The notes under the pieces are model-generated. The model was not told the origin of the DNA, ran no database searches, and was given only the letters and a program-made list of their open reading frames with translations. A stretch of 64,000 nucleotides of DNA from Promethearchaeota archaeon. GTDB lineage: Archaea > Asgardarchaeota > Hermodarchaeia > Hermodarchaeales > Hermodarchaeaceae. Shown one piece after another: positions 20,301 through 29,155 of this stretch. A program made the translations under genes and the position numbers. The DNA is taken from NCBI GenBank assembly GCA_048939625.1, contig JBHLPH010000002.1, forward strand, positions 87,559 through 151,558, in the 5' to 3' direction. The first letter of the stretch is position 1. Every line of letters begins with the position of its first letter.

Positions 20301-23300
20301 GTAGTACAGTGAGATTATCACGGACTTGGAAGGACACAAAAACATCAGCAGTGTTGTAATGATTTTTGCCTAAGGTAATGATAAGCGTAAATGGATGCAT
20401 ACCCGATCCTACTCGTGTTGTATTGAGAATCAAAGTATAGGATCCATCAGGATTATAGAATAGCCAATAATCGATGCCTAGAATATCAGTTGAAGAGTTA
20501 AAGAATCCAGTGGTTGAAACGTATGCCAAATCTGCTCCATAAACGGGAATAATGCCGTGGTCGGTGTCATTGTATGATAACGTGATAGTTACATTTTGGC
20601 TCCAAGGAATTGAAACCGAGTCAGCAAGACCGAACCCAGTGGTTTGTATCGGGCGTACCGTAATTTCAAAGTACTTAGATTGAGTTGTACAATTGGTGCG
20701 GCTGAACATGACAGTTACATAGTAAGTGGTTTCGGTAATGTTTCCCCAGAATGTAATGGTATAAGTTCCATCCCCATTATTAGAGACAGTAAAGTTACCA
20801 CTAGGATAACCTAGTATGGATTCAACAGCATCGGTTATTGAAGAAGGAATACCTGTAACAATATCGCTGAACGTAAAGGTTACGGTGAAATCATCCTCAT
20901 ACGGAAGATCAACTAAGGAGCTAAAATAGTCCTTCGAGAGTTCTGTTTTCCGTGCTTCGACAATCATTCTAATCTGAATTGTTTGGGATGCAAAGGTGGG
21001 ATAGCTTGCATTCACTAAAATATCAGTGATTCCAAGTCCAACATCATTGGTGTCTAGTATGATGCCATAATACCCATTTGAGAGCGAATTTAGGGTTCGT
21101 TTCGACGTTCCAATCATGAGATGTGCTGTCGCACCCGGAATTCCCGTGCCGTTCTCTGCGAAGTGATAAAACACTGTGATATTAAAATTTTCATTCCAAT
21201 AGAGACGCACTTCGTATGTATCAGTATTGTTGTTATATTGGCTCCATCCATCACCGGATGGTGGATATGAGGTTGTTGTTCGCACGGCATCCATGTCTGT
21301 AGCGATTAGAACAATTTGGATGATAATTGTGAAGTTTTGCTGTTGATAATCCCATGCTGCGTTTTCAATTCGCATAGTGACTTCATATTTTACTCGTGTA
21401 ACACCAGAATATTGGGAATCAACCTTCTCGAAAATAGTTGGAGCAGAAGCGTTAGGAGTGAAACTTCCTTGAGCAATATAAGTCCAGTCGGGTTCGGACC
21501 AATGATAGCGAGTAAAGTTTACCCGCACTTTTTCATTCCATGCTCCTGTATCATTACGCACATAGGCTTGTTCATATAAATCGTAGAATTTAACTTGGCT
21601 AATATAGCCTTCAGCACTGGTTGTTTCTGCCGTATATTCAGTGGGCCCTGTTTGCTGGGAAGGTCGAATCAATGTGTATTCTAAATCATTAACTAAATTG
21701 ATCGTGTAGCGGAGTTGGGTTCCTGTCACGTTCACATATCCATAATGGAATAATTCAACAAAGAATTCAGCAGCCCGATCAGGACTCATCAAATTTGTGC
21801 TAAAGTCTAGCTCATATGCACCTTGGCCATTTGCGGTCATATTTTCATATCGGGTTTGGAGATTACGATCAATGTATCGAATCCGTGCAGAAGCACCCGG
21901 GATGAATGCTCCAGTATCATTGTTCGCCCAGGTTACATTTACAAAGACTGTTTCCCCCCAGAGAACACGCGTGCCTGGGTCGGGATCGATTTTTTCTACA
22001 GCTGTCTCGATGGCGACTGTGAAGAATTGTGCACGCATACCACATTGTGTGTCATTATCAAAGGAGATAGAAATCTGCCACTTACTACCTGCATTATCTG
22101 TGTCGATTTGGTTGATTTGCCACGCTGAGCTCGTAATGGTAGCCTTAGTTGAATCAATTGTCGGGGAGGAATCAGTATTCCAAAGCGTTCCGTTGGGATA
22201 GAATATCGACACATCGGCGGTATTATCTGAAGATCCGATGGGTCGTAATGTAGCAAGGATTCTTAGCCAGTCATCCTTTAGATAATAGTCATTTGAGGAT
22301 AGATTGGTCCAAGGACCAGATCCACTGCTACTCTTTTGGGGGTATATTTCCAAGACATAATTCAGGCTAGAAGCAATAATTCGGAATGTGTCACCGACAG
22401 AGGCTAGACCTTCATTGAATTTGAAGAACTGACTGGTTGTGTTATAGGTGTATTGGCTTATGGGAATAATATCATTAGTACCATTTCTTACCTCAATGAG
22501 GTTCCAAGTTGAACGTAAGTACAAACCAAAACTATAGCCCGTATATCCATCGGGAGGACGTGAGTCTGGAATTGTATAGTTGATATGCCAAGAGGGGAGT
22601 TCATCGGCAATCGTTGAGAAATCGGTAGAGGCCGCAGCAAGATTCTCACTCTTTATGTACATGGAATATTCGTAATGAAAGCTGATGTCACCGTAAGTAG
22701 ACGAACTGAATTCAAAGAAGCTATCCGAAGCCCAGCATGATGCTAAGGGTATCTGATCTTTTGAGCTTGGATCAGCATAAATGTCAACTTCTCCTGCATT
22801 GCCCACAGTATCGGAGATTGCGGTTCCGTTAAGAGACAATCCTACTTCACTAGGCTTACTGTCTGTGCCAATGACGTATTGAAAATTATCAAAGTAAATA
22901 TGTCCTTTTGTGTTAGCACCGCCACCACCCTGTTTTTCAATCGTGATGCGAATAGTCACGGTTCCATTGACTGCAGCTGTTAGAAAACTGAGAGAATCCC
23001 AAGTTGTTGGATTATAGAGATCAGTCGTATTCGTCCAGCTTCCAACTTCTGAAGCTTGGTATCTGACTGATACTTTGATATGTAACCATCCGGCTTGGGA
23101 AATATCTTGAGAAAAGCGGATATCAAAATATAGACGAAGGCTATCCGGGGTGATGGATGAAGTATAGGTAAAGTCGTTATCTATCCAAGCGTAGGCAGTA
23201 TTTGGAACATTTCCATATTTTAGTTCAGCGTCAAGACAATAACCAGGATTCCCACCAGTCGCATTATCAATTGATTTGACCAATCCACCTGTAGAATCTT

Positions 23301-23661
23301 TTAATGTCCAATTATTCCCAGGTTCATCATATTGGTCAAAATCACCGTTGGGGACAGGGTCTTCTGTTCGGCGAAGGTTAGACACTAATGTGTGTAAGTG
23401 ATAACCATAATATGTTGTAGGACTCGTGGGGTACCAGCTACTAAGATACGAAAATGTAGTGCCATTAATTCCATTTGTAAAGAGGGTACTGTCATTTTTT
23501 GCAAATTCTGTTACATCGAGGTAATCACCCAAACCTTCATAGGGAGAATTTGGAGGTGCAGCAGCCCGCACAGAATGATCTGGTGTCATTTCGTTTGGTT
23601 GAGAGAAGAGAATCAGAGCCATAAACAAAAAAATCGTTAAAAGACCCACTTTTTTATCCAT
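17341..23661 (-). CDS. Giant type I membrane surface protein, array member 2 (~2100 aa), full-length paralogue of member 1
   Basis: Collinear with member 1 from PNSPYEG to KGKKxFxxD; signal-peptide-like MDKKVGLLTIFLFMALILFS; ATG at 23661 preferred over TTG at 23682. Confidence 0.88.
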   Translation of the reverse strand: MDKKVGLLTIFLFMALILFSQPNEMTPDHSVRAAAPPNSPYEGLGDYLDVTEFAKNDSTLFTNGINGTTFSYLSSWYPTSPTTYYGYHLHTLVSNLRRTEDPVPNGDFDQYDEPGNNWTLKDSTGGLVKSIDNATGGNPGYCLDAELKYGNVPNTAYAWIDNDFTYTSSITPDSLRLYFDIRFSQDISQAGWLHIKVSVRYQASEVGSWTNTTDLYNPTTWDSLSFLTAAVNGTVTIRITIEKQGGGGANTKGHIYFDNFQYVIGTDSKPSEVGLSLNGTAISDTVGNAGEVDIYADPSSKDQIPLASCWASDSFFEFSSSTYGDISFHYEYSMYIKSENLAAASTDFSTIADELPSWHINYTIPDSRPPDGYTGYSFGLYLRSTWNLIEVRNGTNDIIPISQYTYNTTSQFFKFNEGLASVGDTFRIIASSLNYVLEIYPQKSSSGSGPWTNLSSNDYYLKDDWLRILATLRPIGSSDNTADVSIFYPNGTLWNTDSSPTIDSTKATITSSAWQINQIDTDNAGSKWQISISFDNDTQCGMRAQFFTVAIETAVEKIDPDPGTRVLWGETVFVNVTWANNDTGAFIPGASARIRYIDRNLQTRYENMTANGQGAYELDFSTNLMSPDRAAEFFVELFHYGYVNVTGTQLRYTINLVNDLEYTLIRPSQQTGPTEYTAETTSAEGYISQVKFYDLYEQAYVRNDTGAWNEKVRVNFTRYHWSEPDWTYIAQGSFTPNASAPTIFEKVDSQYSGVTRVKYEVTMRIENAAWDYQQQNFTIIIQIVLIATDMDAVRTTTSYPPSGDGWSQYNNNTDTYEVRLYWNENFNITVFYHFAENGTGIPGATAHLMIGTSKRTLNSLSNGYYGIILDTNDVGLGITDILVNASYPTFASQTIQIRMIVEARKTELSKDYFSSLVDLPYEDDFTVTFTFSDIVTGIPSSITDAVESILGYPSGNFTVSNNGDGTYTITFWGNITETTYYVTVMFSRTNCTTQSKYFEITVRPIQTTGFGLADSVSIPWSQNVTITLSYNDTDHGIIPVYGADLAYVSTTGFFNSSTDILGIDYWLFYNPDGSYTLILNTTRVGSGMHPFTLIITLGKNHYNTADVFVSFQVRDNLTVLQRQSLDPGTTVPWGDNLVIVFTYSNLDDSGSPIPGASIDCDWDEFYWSYYYNTTLQAYVLIIQTASRLEGSYTVTISASKAHYQDFSIIENFVIRKIQTTLEADPDYIPNWPLSFNITIRIDYNDTDHGGQVPFAEVATDWNASYYAIIYYGNGTYDLILNTTCRGVGTHSVNITLWRDHFAQRTIIVSLTLVPIPLFVEVISSSPVTTTYNSTELVVITARVTDLYGRLMNDSMTSYHWLGGNGTMVFVGAGVYNVSFGAAADTGAYVVTIQANKTGYQIGTGFIMLNILPTDTILSPITSSIQVVVGESFEISLNFTTIYGTGIVDATVTYLWASNRTGFLLFVGNNIYNATLTSAGLTKAQYIIYVTAGGPNAIERTTTISVTLMLIPTELQAFPSIQEVYYGSNFTIQVFFKDTHHDLPIDGANITYIWGTLIGILQPNGTSGWYITLLPSTIYTEGHWQVTLTVDHEGYDFAITSAEIFIRAQPTTLDLVLIQTYFAPQDIVTNLTGITWIVPRGEILTLYFNFTDATNTTIDGATGSYSWDYGIGLLVYENGFYVATLNLTLAAPGSYSIQVTLTLQNYATGQSPRYDLFVIRVPTEIQVITDPGTVDTGTSWSLVVYYNDTYHNLPIIGGNLTVTIPELGIDRQYMVDSGNGYYSFTVLPLFLADTLHIEINALGGLQYSSSTENIVVVVTLSQMVQTSIQIGLIAAVIGILIIIFWLAYTRVLAIPWLVRKMRKMSRTIGKGKTPKLSKGDVGRIGARPELMTQIIEPAYETIQIPIPSTVLPAVLDYEERYAEDEAIWAELKKLPYIEHDQKLELFQEMKRIPASERVWFIEDLKQQMADGTRFARKAKEPTLSPELEKEIQDRLKQFPQLSSNEKERIAKQLRNVPQEEWSEIFSTLAIAEKPQVVSDDEILRPDELPTITEEERHKLLEELKDLTEEERHKVLQTFREKKTKDTAEGKVVKGKKRFQVDEPDDEQ
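17447..17511. repeat. 20-bp direct repeat (ttgtggcgttcttcctcagt) at 45-nt spacing, encoding TEEERHK twice
   Basis: Identical copies at 17447-17466 and 17492-17511. Confidence 0.9.
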
Positions 23662-23798
23662 TTTAATACACCCTATTCTCAAATTGATGAATTTACTGTT
23701 GAATACCCCGCTAAATTAAGAACATACTTTTGAGGTTTTATCAGTTTTTCTTGAAATGTTTCTTTTACAAAATAATATCGTGGAATAAATATTAAGGG

Positions 23799-23823
23799 AT
23801 GAGAGTGCAAGTCGCACCCTCAT
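23799..23823 (-). terminator. Stem-loop just downstream of array member 3
   Basis: Minus strand ATGAGGGTGC-GACTT-GCACTCTCAT: 10-bp stem with one G-U pair, ~10 nt after the stop, followed by an AT-rich tract. Confidence 0.5.
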
Positions 23824-23832
23824 TAAGATATG

Positions 23833-26800
23833 TTAGTCATTTTTACGTGTGGTTTCTTCGAGGGCTTTGATGACTTCTTCTTGTTCTTCTTTGGAGAGTC
23901 CACGGAGCTGTTCGACGACCGCTGCTTTTTCTTCAGCTCCAAGGGCGTCAAGGGATTGGAGTCGGGCATGGATTAGGGGATCGACGCCTTCAGGTACGGG
24001 GGTCGGTTCTACTGAAACCCGTCCAAACCGGGTGCCGTCGGCCATTTGTTCTTTGAGGTCTTCGATGAACCAGACCCGGTCCTTGGCAGGGATGCGTTTC
24101 ATCTCTTCGAAGAGTTCGAGTTTCTGGTCGTGACCGAGGCCTTCGAGTTTTTCGAGTTCGGTCCAAATCATTTCGTCTTCGGCTTCCCGTTCTTCGATGG
24201 TTATGGCAGCGGGGAGCACGGTTACTCCAATGGGGAGACCGATGGCGCCATAGGAGGGTTCGATGATGGTTTCCATGGATTCAGGACGGGTGGCAATGCG
24301 GTTGATGTCGCGGTTGGAGAGATGGGTGCTCCCGCCTTTTCCGAGGGTTATGGACATCTTGCGCATCTTGCGGACAAGCCATGGAATAGCGAAGACTCGT
24401 GTGTAGGCGAGCCAGGCAATAAGGATGATGATGCCTAGGATGGCAATAACTAAGCCGAGGCGAAGACCTGTTTGGACGAGAGGATGAAGTGTGACTGTGA
24501 TACTCGTCTGGTGGGTTGCGATGGAATAAATAAGACCTGTTTCAGCGGTGAATTCCATTATATAGCTTTGTTCGATTGGAAAACTGACGGAGGGGAGTGT
24601 GTAAGTGCCATCTCCATTATCGGTCAGGATCCAACCAGTCTCATCGGTGATACCAGGGATTATGACGGTGATTGTTGAACCAGGGATAGTTATGTTGTGA
24701 TCGAGGTCCCAAAGTGTGAGGGTAAAGGTCATGGCAGTTCCTGTATAAGCGGACATGGCAGGAGGGAGGCCGCGAATTTCGGTTCGAACAAGGGTCACGG
24801 TGAGTGGGAGATTGAGTATCTGGGCGGTTTCGTAATTTTGTCGAGTCATTGTGACATCTAGGAGATAATTGGCGGGAGTGACTTGTGTCATATTCAGAAT
24901 CGCGTAGTATAAGCCGTCTTCGTAGATCAGGGGACCGCTACCTTGTTGCCAGTTGAAGGACCCAAGGGCATTGAGAATTGTCTGGTTGGCATAGTCGGTG
25001 AAATTGAAATAAAGATAGAGAACATCACTGCGGGGTACAGTCCAAGGTTCTGAAATGTTCAGCCATGTGATTGTGTCGGTGTCGGGGAAATACATCCATG
25101 CATTGACAAGTTCCAGTTGTGTGGGGCGGGCTTCGATATAGATTGTAGCTGAGCTTACCACGAATTCAAAGCTGGGTTCATTGGCAGCAAATGTGGCTGT
25201 GTATACTGCGCCAGCTGAAAAGGCAGTACTTGGAAGGGTGACTGTATACCAGCCGAGACTGCCATTGGGTTGAAGGGTTCCTGAAAAAGGTCCCCAGAAG
25301 TATTCAATGGATGCGCCCGTGACTGGGGTGTCATTGAATAGATTGCGGAAGTAGATGTTGATGGTGAAATTCAAACCCCAATAGACCACATAGGTGGTGG
25401 TTTCGGGTTCAAGGGCTGCTGGGAGTAAGGTTAGGACAAGGCTAATGGCACGGGATTGCGAATCCACGTTAGGTGAAGAAGCGGTAATATAAATTGTGTA
25501 AGACCCAGCTATGAGCCCAGTAGTGTCGATGGTGACGTTGTAGATACCGCCTCCAACTTCTGCATAGTTACCAGACAAAGTACCGACAGAATAGGTGACG
25601 ATTGCACCGAGTACAGGTCCTCCAAGTAGGGTGCTGTAATTGACTGGGAGACTGAAGCTAGATCCAATTGTAAAGTTTAGAGAATAGCGACCCGTGGGCA
25701 CAGTATCGAGGAAGCTGGGGATTTGTTGGACATTAACAACAATGGAGGCAAAGCTTTGGGCACAGTTGGTGCGGTTTACAAACGCAGTAATATAGTGTAC
25801 GCCGATGGTACCTGTGGAGGAAGCGAACCACGTACCATAATATCCTCCGGGTCCACTGGAGTTCATTGCAGATCCACCAACCCAGGAGAATGTGACTTCT
25901 GCATCTGAAATTGGGTCACCGAATATGGTCTCCACATAGATTTCAACCCAGAAGTTTTCGCCATAAACGATGTTTATGGGTTCTGAGACGGTGACCGTCA
26001 AATCGAGAGGCAGAGGATTAACATAAAATTGAACAATAATTTGTCGAGTATTATAGAAGGTTTTACTGACAGTGATAGTAACTGTGTGTAGCCCGACACC
26101 GACATTGTCTGTTCGAAGTGTGAGAAGATACATATCGGAGACAAAGTAAACATCGCCCCAGTCACAAGTGACTAAAGCACCGGGGATGCTGATGCCGCCG
26201 TGATCGGTGTCATTGTAGAAGAGAGGAATGGTGGTGTTTTGGCTCCAGTAGATATTGGTAGGATTGGTAAAGTCAAGGTCGGTGAGGATTTCGCGGACAG
26301 TCACTGTTAGATAGAATTGCTGGAACTGATAACGTTCCTTGTAGATGGTGATGTTAAGCGTGTAAGATCCGAGTGCTCCGGGTCCAGTTCCGTTAAGTTC
26401 TATTTCATACCATCCACTACCAGTTTCGGTGATGGTGTAATATCCGGCTGTCCAGTTTGCTGTGACTTCAATATAAGGAATACAGCCAGTGATTCCTACA
26501 CTGTCAGTTTTTCTCGTATATTGGAGTTGGACGGTTGCATTGTCTCCCCAGGGAACGTATACCCCAGCAGCTTGAGGTGAATAGATAACCGTTTCTGCCA
26601 CAATGTCGATTATAATATAACAAAAGGCATCATCATAGTGGCTTTTGCTTGCGTTGACACGAATCGTAAACTGGCCTACATCGCCTGGATCCAAGGCATT
26701 GATTTCGGCTTCCCAATACCCAGTTCCTGAGACATAATGGAAGGAGATTGTGCCGGTGGTCCAGTTACCCTCTACTAATGCCGGAGGTTCAAGCCAATCA

Positions 26801-28662
26801 TCACTATCAACATCTAAATATCGGACTTTGGGGAATAGAGGTTGATCTTCGAAATAAGCTTCAATGAGAGATTCACGTGGTGTTAGGCTAGTTGCATGGC
26901 GCACGGTATAAGAGAGGCTAAATTCACCTGCTTCTGTGGAGTTGTCCCATCTTACGAAGATTTGATAGGTTCCACCGGTTGTGTTCCATCCATCATTATA
27001 AATGCTTGAGGTGTAGACCCAGCCGGCTGCCGTGGGAGTGACCAATTCGGAGTACCAAAGCCCGCCGCCAGGTTGAAAGATAGTCACATTCGCTTGAGTG
27101 CTTGTGACTCCTGAAGGTGGATTATCTGTCCCATCGAGAATCCGTGCGGCAACTCGGGTTGTATTATCTACACGAATCGCTGAAGTTGGCGTCCAGCCGC
27201 CATCCCATATTTGGAGCTCAGCCGAATCAACATAATTATGCGATTCTGCTTGAATCATCCAGTAGCCATCGGGACTGTTGGTGATTGTGGTAGCCGGGAT
27301 AATCAGATAGCCATCACCTAGATCACCACCCGAGCATTGCCCAACTTTGTTAGTAGTGGGGAGTTGGGGTTCGGATACAAATGTGATATCCCAGTCAACG
27401 GGAATGGTGAAGTTGAAAACATCATTCCAGTATTGCGAAGGCAAGGCAAGCTGGTAGTAGAAGGTCCAGGTTGTATTCTGTCCACTCATTGCGGTAAAGC
27501 CAACGCCGACTGCAGAGGGATTCTGTGCATACACTGTTGTGGAAGTCTTATTGGCAAAAAGGTTCAAGTCACAAAGGGCCGTGACTTCGATGTCTAAGTC
27601 AGGATCTGGCGGATTCGGAGTGGGTGCCCAGACAAGGTTGGAAATCACAGGACTGGAAGTCCAGACTGTGGTGGGATATTGTCGGACAAAACCAGTCCCA
27701 CGGCTGCCTTGATCCTCAACATCGAGACCATTCATCTGGAGGTTAAGTTCAGAGGGGTACACTTTGGTCTCCATGTATAGCCAAACATTATCAAAGTCAA
27801 CACGCATCCAATTGTTGGAGCTGTAACCCACACTCATGGTGGAAAACATGCCGATTTCAAGTTCTACCGCGCTATTCGGGAGATCAAATAACCCGGTATC
27901 AAGAGAAAGGAAACCAGTATTGTGCCAGTTTGTATCGCCTACAGATTGAAAGCCTTTCGCCCATACCTGTGAGCCGTTGATGCGGACATAGACGTTGAAG
28001 AGGGCGTTGCTTCCCCAGGCGCTATCGACTCGATAATCCATCTTTACAGCGACCCAAGCTAGATCTGATCGGTTAACAGTGAAAGTTTGGGTCCACCAAG
28101 TTCGATCGTTGTTATCATAACGGTAATAGGATCCATCCCATCGTCCATTCTCTTGTACTCGAACAAAGCCGTTGCCATCAATTCCGCCACTTTCCCACGT
28201 CTGAGAGAACGTATTTGCACCGCCTAGATCACTATAGCCACTTGTCCAAGAGGTGGCAGCACCGTTAAAGCTGGGGTTTAGGACCCATGTTCGATTTTCA
28301 TACAAATCGTAAATGGAATAATCAAGCCGATACCCTGTCCATCCCGGTGGAAGGACTACATCTGCAGAATCCGTACCTGGAGTCTGAGTTACACTATCAT
28401 AAAGCAAATACACGCTTTGAGAGCCATCGGTCCGATTCGCGACTTCAAGAACCGATCGGGCATTACCAACACCAGCATAATCAGGATTTGGAACAGGTGG
28501 TGTGCCTCCCGGAAGTGGAGCTTGGGAACTAGCAGTTGGAAAGGGAATGTTTGCCGGAGAAGGCAGGATAGCTTCGGGTGCGCCTAAAGCAGAAACTGGC
28601 TGGGCCAGTAATGGAAGGGCAATACAAAATAAAGCTAGAAGAATAAGATACCGGGATTTCAT
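23833..28662 (-). CDS. Giant type I membrane surface protein, array member 3 (1609 aa): CBM-like head, ~8 Ig-like repeats, TM helix, tail with 2 helical modules
   Basis: AGGTGA SD; signal peptide MKSRYLILLALFCIALPLLAQPVSA; NPSFN...VDFDNV head; same tail motifs as members 1 and 2. Confidence 0.88.
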   Translation of the reverse strand: MKSRYLILLALFCIALPLLAQPVSALGAPEAILPSPANIPFPTASSQAPLPGGTPPVPNPDYAGVGNARSVLEVANRTDGSQSVYLLYDSVTQTPGTDSADVVLPPGWTGYRLDYSIYDLYENRTWVLNPSFNGAATSWTSGYSDLGGANTFSQTWESGGIDGNGFVRVQENGRWDGSYYRYDNNDRTWWTQTFTVNRSDLAWVAVKMDYRVDSAWGSNALFNVYVRINGSQVWAKGFQSVGDTNWHNTGFLSLDTGLFDLPNSAVELEIGMFSTMSVGYSSNNWMRVDFDNVWLYMETKVYPSELNLQMNGLDVEDQGSRGTGFVRQYPTTVWTSSPVISNLVWAPTPNPPDPDLDIEVTALCDLNLFANKTSTTVYAQNPSAVGVGFTAMSGQNTTWTFYYQLALPSQYWNDVFNFTIPVDWDITFVSEPQLPTTNKVGQCSGGDLGDGYLIIPATTITNSPDGYWMIQAESHNYVDSAELQIWDGGWTPTSAIRVDNTTRVAARILDGTDNPPSGVTSTQANVTIFQPGGGLWYSELVTPTAAGWVYTSSIYNDGWNTTGGTYQIFVRWDNSTEAGEFSLSYTVRHATSLTPRESLIEAYFEDQPLFPKVRYLDVDSDDWLEPPALVEGNWTTGTISFHYVSGTGYWEAEINALDPGDVGQFTIRVNASKSHYDDAFCYIIIDIVAETVIYSPQAAGVYVPWGDNATVQLQYTRKTDSVGITGCIPYIEVTANWTAGYYTITETGSGWYEIELNGTGPGALGSYTLNITIYKERYQFQQFYLTVTVREILTDLDFTNPTNIYWSQNTTIPLFYNDTDHGGISIPGALVTCDWGDVYFVSDMYLLTLRTDNVGVGLHTVTITVSKTFYNTRQIIVQFYVNPLPLDLTVTVSEPINIVYGENFWVEIYVETIFGDPISDAEVTFSWVGGSAMNSSGPGGYYGTWFASSTGTIGVHYITAFVNRTNCAQSFASIVVNVQQIPSFLDTVPTGRYSLNFTIGSSFSLPVNYSTLLGGPVLGAIVTYSVGTLSGNYAEVGGGIYNVTIDTTGLIAGSYTIYITASSPNVDSQSRAISLVLTLLPAALEPETTTYVVYWGLNFTINIYFRNLFNDTPVTGASIEYFWGPFSGTLQPNGSLGWYTVTLPSTAFSAGAVYTATFAANEPSFEFVVSSATIYIEARPTQLELVNAWMYFPDTDTITWLNISEPWTVPRSDVLYLYFNFTDYANQTILNALGSFNWQQGSGPLIYEDGLYYAILNMTQVTPANYLLDVTMTRQNYETAQILNLPLTVTLVRTEIRGLPPAMSAYTGTAMTFTLTLWDLDHNITIPGSTITVIIPGITDETGWILTDNGDGTYTLPSVSFPIEQSYIMEFTAETGLIYSIATHQTSITVTLHPLVQTGLRLGLVIAILGIIILIAWLAYTRVFAIPWLVRKMRKMSITLGKGGSTHLSNRDINRIATRPESMETIIEPSYGAIGLPIGVTVLPAAITIEEREAEDEMIWTELEKLEGLGHDQKLELFEEMKRIPAKDRVWFIEDLKEQMADGTRFGRVSVEPTPVPEGVDPLIHARLQSLDALGAEEKAAVVEQLRGLSKEEQEEVIKALEETTRKND

Positions 28663-29155
28663 TTATGTGCTCACCTTTTCTCGCAGTTTTGCGGTCTCTG
28701 AGCTGGTGTAGCCACTTAGCTAGACACACGTAGGGAATTTAAATAGATTTCCTGAAATCTTCTCTTGAAGAAACTGGCTTAAGGATAAGGTCAAGGGACG
28801 TGAGACGCTTTAAACAACAGCGCGATTCAATCCAGAAGAAGGAAGAGAGCTACTCTTCCTCTTCACTGGGAGTCTCGTATTGATCTTTGAGGGTTTCAAA
28901 GACTTCTTCGCGATCTTCGGGGGGTAGACTGCTAATTTGTTTAAAGAGGGTTTTCTTCTCGCGTTCACTGAGCGTGGGAATCGCATCCAGGCGAGCCTGG
29001 ATGATTTGTTCCTCTGCGGTCTTATCGAGGAGCCCTTCTGGTGGGAGGGCTGGAGCACGTTTAAAACGGGTGCCGTCAGCCATCTGGTGCTTCAGGTCTT
29101 CGAGGAACCAGATGCGGTCCTTGGCAGGGATGCGTTTCATCTCTTCGAAGAGTTC
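24077..29155. repeat. 41-bp exact repeat shared by the tails of array members 3 and 4
   Basis: cggtccttggcagggatgcgtttcatctcttcgaagagttc at 24077-24117 and 29115-29155. Confidence 0.9.
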
